NCBI GenBank assembly: GCA_021787655.1
Contig: JAJYLM010000001.1
Span: forward strand, 1 to 46,554
Direction: 5' to 3'
DNA: 46,554 bases
Origin: a bacterium
GTDB lineage: Bacteria > JAMCPX01
Every line of letters begins with the position of its first letter. Within the stretch, counting starts at the first letter, position 1. A program made the position numbers and the translations under genes. Below, one piece after another: positions 1-7,584 of the stretch. The notes under the pieces are model-generated. The model searched no databases, had not been told where the DNA came from, and saw only the letters and a list, made by a program, of their open reading frames with translations.

Positions 1-384
1 CAGGATATGAGGGTTGCCGGTCGAATACTGCCATGCCCTATCGGCACTGAAACCGCTGACTCCGTACAACTGTTCCGGCGTATCGAGAGATGCTGTCCCC
101 TGAACAAGGTACGGTTCGAAGCTGAAATAGTTCCAGTCCTCGTTAAGAACGCCTGCACCTGAGTTATAATAGGTTCCGGTGGTCGGTCCAAACCCGGGCT
201 CAGCCTTAGCATAATTGGGATCCCAGGGAAGGTACGGGACCCAATCGGAACTTTTTATCGAGTTCGGGGTGCCCGGTGTTCCGGGCCAGTTCGGATTGCC
301 CCCCTGGGCAAGGACACTGATACCTGCCAACAGGCCCGTCACCAGTACGACGGTAACTGCTGTCACATGCTTCTTTATGTTCAT
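1..384 (-). CDS. secreted protein, N-terminal 128 aa only (gene runs off the window edge); possibly subtilase-like
   Basis: Open minus-strand frame with no stop in the window, so it is absent from the ORF track. ATG at 384-382 is preceded by AGGAG 8 nt upstream. Translation MNIKKHVTAVTVVLVTGLLAGISVLAQGG... is a typical Sec signal peptide. The segment ...SADRAWQYSTGNPHIL weakly resembles the region before the catalytic Asp of S8 peptidases. Confidence 0.5.
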   Translation of the reverse strand, partial: MNIKKHVTAVTVVLVTGLLAGISVLAQGGNPNWPGTPGTPNSIKSSDWVPYLPWDPNYAKAEPGFGPTTGTYYNSGAGVLNEDWNYFSFEPYLVQGTASLDTPEQLYGVSGFSADRAWQYSTGNPHIL

Positions 385-405
385 GCACCTGACTCCTCAT
401 CCACT

Positions 406-430
406 GTTTCCTTCTTCCGGAAAAGGAAAC
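406..430. other. perfect 8-bp inverted repeat (GTTTCCTT-N9-AAGGAAAC) between the reductase and the secreted-protein gene
   Basis: Read directly. The loop CTTCCGGAA contains the palindrome TTCCGGAA. There is no flanking T-run on either strand, so it is not a classical intrinsic terminator. Confidence 0.6.
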
Positions 431-480
431 AACCTATGTCTGCAGACTGCGGCAGCTTTCCGCTCTTACGTCTCCGTACT

Positions 481-2499
481 TCAGAGGGTCAACGCCAATT
501 CGAATCCCTGCCTGATTGCATCCAGGGCCTTGGCCGTTGCACCTGCGTCTCCGATAACATGGATGCGCTTGTCTTTGGATTGTGCAAAGGGATTGTACGG
601 AACAACGCCGGTTGCCAGAACAACGATACCTGCATCGAACGCCTGGGTCTGGCCGTTGTTTTCTGCATACACCTTCCCGCCGCCGATTTTTGTCACCTTG
701 GTATTGGTATACATTCTTACACCGCGGCGCTTCAGCTGCTGCATGATGGGCCACCGGGTAGACCTGCCGATGTCCTTGCCGGTCTTATCCAGCATTTCGA
801 GCATGACGACCTTTCTCGTGGACTGCTTGAGGAGCTGCTGAACGAGCAGGGGATCTTCCGCATCATTTTCGAGCAGGAACCGCGCCGTCTTTTCGTTCAT
901 GGTGCCGTCCTGGGTAAGGTACAGGGCAACATCACACCCGACCGCCCCGCCGCCGATAATCACGATATTCTCCGAGGTACCGGGGAACTCGGTCGCCAGG
1001 ACATCCCATGCAAGCCTGACAAAGCCGTCTTCAAGACCTTCTGCCAGGCCCTCTATCTTCGGTATCAGCGGACTGGCGCCTGTTGCAACGATGACCTCGT
1101 CGGCCTTGAGCTTGGCGAGCTTATTTTTACTGATCATTGTTCCGAGATGAAGGTTCACACCGTGATGCTCAAGCTGGTGTGCGTAATACAGGAGAAGATT
1201 GTAAAATCCTTCTTTGTCCGGCACCGTGCTTGCAAGATTGAATTGTCCGCCGATCCACTGTTCCTTTTCGTAGAGATCAACCTTATGTCCCCGTTTGGCG
1301 AGTGTTACAGCTGCCTCAAGTCCGCCGGGACCTGCTCCGATGATCGCGATCTTCTTCGGTTTCTTTGTCTTGCCGACCTTTATTTCGTGTTCCCTGCCGA
1401 CGATGGGATTGACCATGCAGTTCGCCGGAAGGCCATTAAAGATGTTGTCGAAACACCCCTGGTTGCAGGCTATGCACGAGTTTATCTCGTGCAGCTCCCC
1501 TTTGCGCGCCTTCTCAGGAAACTGGGGATCCGCGATCAAAGCCCTGCCCATGACAATCATATCTGCCCATCCGTCATTGATGAAACGCTCCGCGAGTTTC
1601 GGATTGTTTATCCTGTTTGACGCGATGACAGGAATGCGGACAGCCTGTCTGACCTTCATTGCAAGGTACGAAAATGCACCCTCGGGAACCGAGAAGGTGA
1701 GCTGGGGAACATGCGTCTCATGCCAGCCGCCGGTGATATTGAACCCGTTGATGCCCGCCTGTTCAAGCGCTTTTGCAAATTCGACCGTCTCATTGATCGT
1801 ATTGCTTCCCCTGACGAAATCGCTGCCCGAAAGCCTCATGATGACGGCGAAATCTGCGCCGACTGCTGCACGTATTGTCTGATACACCTCGATGCCGAAG
1901 CGCATCCTGTTTTCGAAAGACCCCCCGTATTCATCCGTTCTCTGGTTGGTGAGAGGCGAGAGAAACTGGCATATAAGGTAGCCCGCTGATGCAAGGATCT
2001 CTATCCCGTCCATGCCTGCTTTCTTTGCCCTCATGGCAGCGTCCGCATACTGCAGTTGAATCTGCCGTATCTCTTCTTTGGTCAACGGCTTCGGAGCCTC
2101 ATTGGTAAGTTTTGACGGTACTGCAGAAGCCGATACCGGCGTTTCACCGTTTATCATCCATGATGCGACATAGCGTCCGGCATGGTAAAGTTGTGCGAAT
2201 ACCTTGGTACCATGTGCATGGATTCTTTCCGCCAGGACAGTCATTCCGGGCACAAAGTCGTCCGTATCCAGCCGGATCATAAAATGGCCCCCGCCGACCC
2301 TGTCTATCGTGCAGCCGCCGACAACGATGAGTCCCGCACCCCCCTTTGCCCTGTTCTCATAGAATGCCGTCATCTGATCCGTAACGTGTCCATCGGGTGT
2401 ATAATTCAGATGCATGGCAGGAAAAACGATCCTGTTTTTTATTTCGAGCTTGTTCACCCGGACGGGGCTGAACAAGGTGTTAAAATATGTGCTGTTCAT
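481..2499 (-). CDS. 2,4-dienoyl-CoA reductase-like NADH:flavin oxidoreductase (OYE FMN barrel + [4Fe-4S] Cys motif + FAD/NAD(P) domain)
   Basis: 672 aa. The N-terminus SPVRVNKLEIKNRIVFPAMH...AKGGAGLIVVGG is the Old Yellow Enzyme TIM barrel. CIACNQGC...C is the FadH-type iron-sulfur motif. IAIIGAGPGGLEAA is a Rossmann dinucleotide fold. GGAGG lies upstream of the ATG. Confidence 0.85.
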   Translation of the reverse strand: MNSTYFNTLFSPVRVNKLEIKNRIVFPAMHLNYTPDGHVTDQMTAFYENRAKGGAGLIVVGGCTIDRVGGGHFMIRLDTDDFVPGMTVLAERIHAHGTKVFAQLYHAGRYVASWMINGETPVSASAVPSKLTNEAPKPLTKEEIRQIQLQYADAAMRAKKAGMDGIEILASAGYLICQFLSPLTNQRTDEYGGSFENRMRFGIEVYQTIRAAVGADFAVIMRLSGSDFVRGSNTINETVEFAKALEQAGINGFNITGGWHETHVPQLTFSVPEGAFSYLAMKVRQAVRIPVIASNRINNPKLAERFINDGWADMIVMGRALIADPQFPEKARKGELHEINSCIACNQGCFDNIFNGLPANCMVNPIVGREHEIKVGKTKKPKKIAIIGAGPGGLEAAVTLAKRGHKVDLYEKEQWIGGQFNLASTVPDKEGFYNLLLYYAHQLEHHGVNLHLGTMISKNKLAKLKADEVIVATGASPLIPKIEGLAEGLEDGFVRLAWDVLATEFPGTSENIVIIGGGAVGCDVALYLTQDGTMNEKTARFLLENDAEDPLLVQQLLKQSTRKVVMLEMLDKTGKDIGRSTRWPIMQQLKRRGVRMYTNTKVTKIGGGKVYAENNGQTQAFDAGIVVLATGVVPYNPFAQSKDKRIHVIGDAGATAKALDAIRQGFELALTL

Positions 2500-2572
2500 G
2501 TGTTCCTCCAGTTTTTAGGCTATACCTCAGAACGGGAAAGGATGTCTATAAAAAATATCTGTGACGAAGCAG

Positions 2573-3304
2573 CTACCTTCCTCCGCAGCTTGGACACGAA
2601 GGATTCTTGTGCAGGGGAAAGGTCCTGAACTGCGTCGTCTCACCTTCCCATACCAGGAGCTTGTTCTTCAGCGGCCTGCCAATACCGGTGAGATACTTCA
2701 CTGCCTCAAGTGCCTGCAGGGACCCGATGACGCCGGGGGTTGCTCCGAGCACCGGGAACACCTCCTTGGGCGGGGCTTCTTCGAAGATACATTTCAGACA
2801 CGGTGTTTCCGGTACGTGGATGAACGACAGCCTGCCTTCGATGCCCCATATACTCCCGTAGACCATGGGGATGTGTTTCCTGATCGCACAATCATTGAGG
2901 ATATAGCGCGTCGGAAAGTTGTCCATGCAATCCATGATGATATCCGCGTCTGCCACCAGCTGATCCACGTTGTCTTCGACGATCTTGTCCGTGACCGCAG
3001 TAACCCGGATATTGGGATTCAGTTTTTCGAGCGTCATCTTTCCCGAGATCGCCTTATTGATACCGATCCTGGTGTGGTCGTGCAGTATCTGGCGGTTGAG
3101 ATTCGATAGTTCCGGGGCATCGAAATCGCAGAGGACGATGTTCCCAATGCCTGCGACGGTCAAATAGATCGATGCCGGCGATCCAAGGCCACCTGCTCCT
3201 GCTATGAAGACCTTCATGGCCTTGAGCTTTTCCTGGGTGGCTTCACCCCATCCTTCCATCATCATCTGCCGCGTGTAACGCTTCTTTTCATCTTCTGTCA
3301 GCAT
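2573..3304 (-). CDS. ThiF/MoeB/HesA-family E1-like adenylyltransferase
   Basis: 243 aa. RYTRQ...W...Q.KL....V.I.GAGGLGSP...YL..AGIG.I.L.D.D..E.SNLNRQ is the family signature. Two CxxC pairs (CLKC, CPSC) match the zinc site of MoeB/ThiF. There is no rhodanese domain. Confidence 0.85.
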   Translation of the reverse strand: MLTEDEKKRYTRQMMMEGWGEATQEKLKAMKVFIAGAGGLGSPASIYLTVAGIGNIVLCDFDAPELSNLNRQILHDHTRIGINKAISGKMTLEKLNPNIRVTAVTDKIVEDNVDQLVADADIIMDCMDNFPTRYILNDCAIRKHIPMVYGSIWGIEGRLSFIHVPETPCLKCIFEEAPPKEVFPVLGATPGVIGSLQALEAVKYLTGIGRPLKNKLLVWEGETTQFRTFPLHKNPSCPSCGGR

Positions 3305-3709
3305 GCTCTTCTCCCTTCATGGTTCTGCGCTGTTCTGAATTCCATCACGCACCGCGCGCGTTGTTCGTGTGGTTTACAAGTACATCTCTCCTGAGCCAAT
3401 ACCGGTATGGGAAACCCGTCACCGTTGTCCGTACCAGCTCCGGTATGACCAGGAATTTCGGTGATAACATTGTGCGGATTCCCGATCTGTCAACTCATTC
3501 TCTATACCATAACCGCCGTCCGTTTGTATAGTGGCCCGGTGCGGTATCATGGATGTTCTGATTTTTTTAAAAAAGGCGTTCCCCTTCTGCATACCAAGGA
3601 TATAGTTACCGATAATCGCCGTCGTCATTTATCTGGTATACGCCCGTTTCCTGTTTCTGCCGGCACCAATGCCCCGCAATCATATACACCGGTGCATGTG
3701 CTGCGTGAT

Positions 3710-4987
3710 TCACCATACAAACCTGCACTCGATCCCTGTGTCCACAACACTGCCTCCGAACGAATACCCGTCCTGATACTGCGGAACAGCCTGCATCTTG
3801 CGTACAACACGCGTTTGCAGCAGGGTATCCTGGACATATGCACTTAGACGAATCGGATTGTGCCAGAATCCAGCGCTCTTGAAGGTATAGCTTGCACCGG
3901 CCGACACGAGGTGCCTGTTACTGTCCAGAAAATTGGTCACGCCGGTCTGATCCCGCACCGGGCTCCTTATGAATGCATAGCCTGCAGACACGTCGATATT
4001 GCCCTTGATGGCAGCGCGGATCCCGAACCTTGGAACAACGGTGTCGAACAGGCTTGTTTGTGGAGCGCCGTCGCCCTGCTCGTCAACAAAATCCGACCAG
4101 TGCATATAGGTTGCGTCAAACGAGATCAACAGGACAGGGCTGCTGCTCTGGTAGGATAACCCCACAGCGTACTGTTCCGGGGAGAAAAAGCGTACGTAGT
4201 TGAACGTCTGGGTGTAGATAAGCAGTCCGGATGCAGAGAGGTTGTTGACGCCGTAATCGTTGAATTTCGTTTCAGCCCTGTAGCTAAGCCCTATCTTCAG
4301 TCCATTCTTCAGAACGACCATGATTCCGGCAACCGGCGCCGCCTTGATGAGGATAACGTTGTTCTCGGTGTGCGTGAATGACGATTGGACAAAATTTACG
4401 CTGGTGATCGTTTTGGAAGCCGCATAGATATTTGCCCCCGCACCGATCGAAAGATGACTGGTTATCCTATACGCTGCTGCAGCAAGAAAACCGAATATCT
4501 TGTTCTGGTTATCATAAAAAACAAAATAGCGGTCAACTGACGTATTCCGTTCTTTCCATCCTATGATCGCATCCGTCGGAGCATAGAAGGCAAATCCAAC
4601 ATAGACCCGTCGCGCCGGCAGTAGTCCCGCAAGTGCGGAGGGCCCGAGGGTAAGCCCCAGCTGTTCGAAGGGCAAAGGAGCGATATCCGCAGTGGACCTG
4701 CCGGAACCCGGGTCTTTTATCCATAGCATACTTGCCGCGTACCCCACGCCGAGAGAGAGCGACGTGCCGCGCCGGTCGTGTGCAAACACGGGACGGCGCT
4801 GGAACGCAAGCCCCCCGGGATTATAGTAGCAGGCAGAATAATCGTCGGCAACACCCGTATACGCACCACTCATGGAAAGGGCGTCTGCACCAAGTCCGAA
4901 GTTCGATGCGATGTCAGCGTATGCCGCCGTGCCGGTAACGATGTACATGAGTATACAACAGAATATTCTGAACAGGAGGTGTTTCAT
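3710..4987 (-). CDS. outer-membrane hydrophobic-compound channel, FadL/TodX/OmpP1 family (paralogue 1)
   Basis: I chose the internal ATG at 4987 because it gives the signal peptide MKHLLFRIFCCILMYIVTGTAAYA. It overlaps the upstream stop as ATGA. The N-terminal motif GLGADALSMSGAYTGVADDYSACYYNPGGLAF, the alternating beta-strand pattern and the aromatic C-terminus (...RFVW) fit the family. Confidence 0.7.
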   Translation of the reverse strand: MKHLLFRIFCCILMYIVTGTAAYADIASNFGLGADALSMSGAYTGVADDYSACYYNPGGLAFQRRPVFAHDRRGTSLSLGVGYAASMLWIKDPGSGRSTADIAPLPFEQLGLTLGPSALAGLLPARRVYVGFAFYAPTDAIIGWKERNTSVDRYFVFYDNQNKIFGFLAAAAYRITSHLSIGAGANIYAASKTITSVNFVQSSFTHTENNVILIKAAPVAGIMVVLKNGLKIGLSYRAETKFNDYGVNNLSASGLLIYTQTFNYVRFFSPEQYAVGLSYQSSSPVLLISFDATYMHWSDFVDEQGDGAPQTSLFDTVVPRFGIRAAIKGNIDVSAGYAFIRSPVRDQTGVTNFLDSNRHLVSAGASYTFKSAGFWHNPIRLSAYVQDTLLQTRVVRKMQAVPQYQDGYSFGGSVVDTGIECRFVW

Positions 4988-6204
4988 AACTCGAAGGTCA
5001 GTGATATGCCGGAACTCCACACAAGTCCTCCATTGGTGTAATCCATAAGGGGCTGTGGCTCAATGTTATCCCTGACCACGAGCTGTTGGAGCTGTACAAA
5101 GGCATCCACCCGCGTCCTTATGCCAGACCTGGGCATAATGAACCTGTACCCTGCACCCAGCGAATAAACATGCCGGTCAGCATCGACATAATTCGTTCCG
5201 TCCTGATGCCCGGAAAAAGGAGACGGCACATACGAGTACCCTGCCCTGAATGCCCAGGGGGGTACACCGCGGTAGTCTATGCCGAGTGCGGGCGTCGCTG
5301 TGTTGGCAGTACCCAGGACGTTGTTCTGCGTATCGGTTACACCGCTATCCGCCCAAATATTGTACGTGAGATCCGCGTTGATGCGGATGGCTGAGGAAGG
5401 GGTAATCGAGATACCGATGGCGATCTGGTCCGGTGTTGTCACGACCTTTTCCTCGGATGTTTGCGCAAGTGACGGCGTATTGTTGATGATAAACGTTGTC
5501 AGTCCTGATAGTCCTGAGCTGTTCTTTTCCCGGTAAACGGCACCGATCGACACCCTGTTCCACGGCGTCACGATGAAACCTGCTTCGGGAACGGCAGAAA
5601 TAGACAGATCCCTGTTCTCAAGGAGAACTGCGCTGGGAGGAGAGGTGGTCGTGTTTAAATAGTAGAGCGTGGTCATCTTCCCGGGCATGTATAAGAGAGC
5701 AGAGACACCAATCCGGATAAAAGACGTTATCCGGTAACCAAGCCCGAGCAAGAGCATAAGCTGGGATGCTGTATCTTCGTACAAGACAAATGACTGATCG
5801 CTCACCGGTACGGCATGTTCGCTGTACGCCCTGTCCGGCGGCGTGTACACAAGGAGTCCGAACGATAATCCTGAAAGCTGATTATACGCTGTCATGTGCC
5901 CGACGTTGGTGTTGATGCCAGCCGTGAGCCCGATCATCCTATCGTTATCGATGTATCTCGTAACACCGTCGATCCCTTTGATCCAGACCGCAGGATAAAA
6001 ATAGGTCAGTCCGAGTGAAAACGTCGTCCCCCGTTCGAGGGCAAGTCCTGCCGGGTTGTAGTATGTTGCAGATATGTCAGCCGGATGAGCTACAAAGGCG
6101 TTTCCCATAGCTGGTGCAACGGCCCCGATACCATACATACTTCCGGTGTTGGCGTATGCTCCCGAGCACAGGAGTATTAAAGAACAAATGAGAACGGCAA
6201 ACAA
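4984..6204 (-). CDS. outer-membrane hydrophobic-compound channel, FadL/TodX/OmpP1 family (paralogue 2)
   Basis: 406 aa. GIGAVAPAMGNAFVAHPADISATYYNPAGLAL aligns with the neighbouring paralogue. The signal peptide ends AYA. The first canonical start is TTG at 6204 with no SD; see the finding about a possible upstream ATC start. Confidence 0.7.
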   Translation of the reverse strand: MFAVLICSLILLCSGAYANTGSMYGIGAVAPAMGNAFVAHPADISATYYNPAGLALERGTTFSLGLTYFYPAVWIKGIDGVTRYIDNDRMIGLTAGINTNVGHMTAYNQLSGLSFGLLVYTPPDRAYSEHAVPVSDQSFVLYEDTASQLMLLLGLGYRITSFIRIGVSALLYMPGKMTTLYYLNTTTSPPSAVLLENRDLSISAVPEAGFIVTPWNRVSIGAVYREKNSSGLSGLTTFIINNTPSLAQTSEEKVVTTPDQIAIGISITPSSAIRINADLTYNIWADSGVTDTQNNVLGTANTATPALGIDYRGVPPWAFRAGYSYVPSPFSGHQDGTNYVDADRHVYSLGAGYRFIMPRSGIRTRVDAFVQLQQLVVRDNIEPQPLMDYTNGGLVWSSGISLTFEL

Positions 6205-6251
6205 TGTTTTTTGTTTGATAACAGCTTCCCCTTTGTCTCGGTATGTCGTTG

Positions 6252-6280
6252 GTTGTACTATACCATGGCAGGCGTGTCAA
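6252..6280 (-). promoter_or_regulatory. sigma-70 promoter candidate for the FadL/TodX pair, TTGACA-17-TACAAC
   Basis: On the minus strand, TTGACA is the complement of 6275-6280. A 17-nt spacer follows, then TACAAC (complement of 6252-6257). Confidence 0.4.
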
Positions 6281-6299
6281 TTCAGCAGCAATGAACATT

Positions 6300-6328
6300 T
6301 TGATAATTTTACCATTCGTGCATAGTAT
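6300..6328 (+). promoter_or_regulatory. sigma-70 promoter candidate for the MFS gene, TTGATA-17-TAGTAT
   Basis: TTGATA is at 6300-6305, followed by a 17-nt spacer and TAGTAT at 6323-6328. Only 11 nt separate the -10 from the ATG at 6340, and there is no SD. Confidence 0.35.
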
Positions 6329-6339
6329 TATCCAATTCT

Positions 6340-7575
6340 ATGTTTCGGCGGGAAATAAGAGAACTCCATCCGGCGACAGCAAAACTCCTTGCCGCGCGCA
6401 TGATACGCAGCATCGGACAGGGTATTCTGATTGTAGATTTCACCCTGTACCTCCATGCAATGCATTGGAAGGGCAGCTCGATCGGAATCGTCCTGAGTGT
6501 GGCAGGGCTGTTCGGCGCGCTGCTCAGCCTCATGATAGGTGTCGGCAGCGATCGCCTGAAGAGAAAACCGTTTCTTGTGGTCTATCAGGTCATCCTCATA
6601 CTCAGCGCTCTGACGGCCATGCTCACAGCACAGCCCTGGCTGATTGGCATCAGCGCGGTCCTGGGCGGGTTTGGCCGCGGGGCCAACGGGGCGGCAGGCC
6701 CGTTTTCACCCGCAGAACAGGCATGGCTTGCGGAAAATATACGTCCGTCTAAACGGGGGTTGATCTACAGTATGAATACGGCCCTCGGATTTTTTGGGAC
6801 AGCATTCGGTGCCCTGCTCGCAGTCCTGCCATCCGTATGGACCCGATGGTTCAGCGGTGCATTGACCTACCGTCCGTTGTTTGCCATGGTCGGCATCCTC
6901 GCGCTTGCAGACCTTATCCTGATAGGGGCAACCGAGGAAAATTACCGGGGCGGTCAACAGCGGATTGCAACAGAAACCCACAAGGAACGACGTACCAGGA
7001 CAAAAAAAGAAAATCATGCCCTTTTCAAACTGGTGTTCGTCAACGTATTCAACGGTGCTGCCATCGGCATGACCGGACCGCTCATAGCATATTGGTTCGC
7101 CCTTAAGTTCCATGTGGGACCTGACTTTATAGCTCCGGTCATGGCCCTCACCTTTGTGGTAACCGGCATCGCTTCCCTGATCACGGGTAAAATGACCGAG
7201 CATGTCGGTCTCGTCCAGTCTGTCGTGTTCCAGAGGACCTTCGGCCTTCTCATGCTTTTATTGCTTCCGGTCATTCCGTTCTACTGGCTTGCCTCTCTCG
7301 TGTATCTGCTCAGGTCTGCATTCAACAGGAGTACCGCCGGCGCGCGCCAGGCATTTGCTGTCGGACTGGTGAGAGCCGAGCGCCGGGGACTTGCGACGAG
7401 CCTCAACACGGTCTCCATGCAGTTACCGTGGGCCATCGGCCCGACGATAACGGGCTATTTTTTCGAGGCAGGCCAGCTCGTTGTACCGTTCTACATTGCG
7501 GCATTGCTCCAGGGGGCATACATTATCATGTACAAAAAATTCTTCGGCCGGTATCAAGCTGCGCAGGAGGAATAA
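6340..7575 (+). CDS. MFS transporter
   Basis: 411 aa and about 12 hydrophobic segments. There is a charged central loop (EENYRGGQQRIATETHKERRTRTKKEN) and an MFS-like GSDRLKRKP loop after TM2. Confidence 0.8.
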   Translation: MFRREIRELHPATAKLLAARMIRSIGQGILIVDFTLYLHAMHWKGSSIGIVLSVAGLFGALLSLMIGVGSDRLKRKPFLVVYQVILILSALTAMLTAQPWLIGISAVLGGFGRGANGAAGPFSPAEQAWLAENIRPSKRGLIYSMNTALGFFGTAFGALLAVLPSVWTRWFSGALTYRPLFAMVGILALADLILIGATEENYRGGQQRIATETHKERRTRTKKENHALFKLVFVNVFNGAAIGMTGPLIAYWFALKFHVGPDFIAPVMALTFVVTGIASLITGKMTEHVGLVQSVVFQRTFGLLMLLLLPVIPFYWLASLVYLLRSAFNRSTAGARQAFAVGLVRAERRGLATSLNTVSMQLPWAIGPTITGYFFEAGQLVVPFYIAALLQGAYIIMYKKFFGRYQAAQEE

Positions 7576-7584
7576 CCGAGTGTT

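Noticed and set aside
367-1620. 417-aa ORF on the plus strand
   Set aside because: It lies entirely antisense to the well-supported FadH/OYE-type reductase gene. The translation has no recognisable motifs and is Cys/Arg/Leu-rich in the way of shadow frames. It has no SD.
3562-3574. T7A6 tract as an intrinsic terminator of the FadL/TodX operon
   Set aside because: The T-run and A-run are directly adjacent, with no GC-rich stem between or immediately before them. Only weak, long-range imperfect pairing can be drawn.
3305-3709. TPP, Moco or cobalamin riboswitch in front of the ThiF/MoeB-like gene
   Set aside because: By eye I find neither the TPP core (CUGAGA ... ACCUGAUCUGGAUAAUGCCAGCG) nor a B12 box. 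A CUCCUGAGCC...GGAAAC string reminiscent of Moco elements is on the wrong (plus) strand, with no downstream gene. I kept the region only as an unexplained non-coding island pending a covariance-model search.
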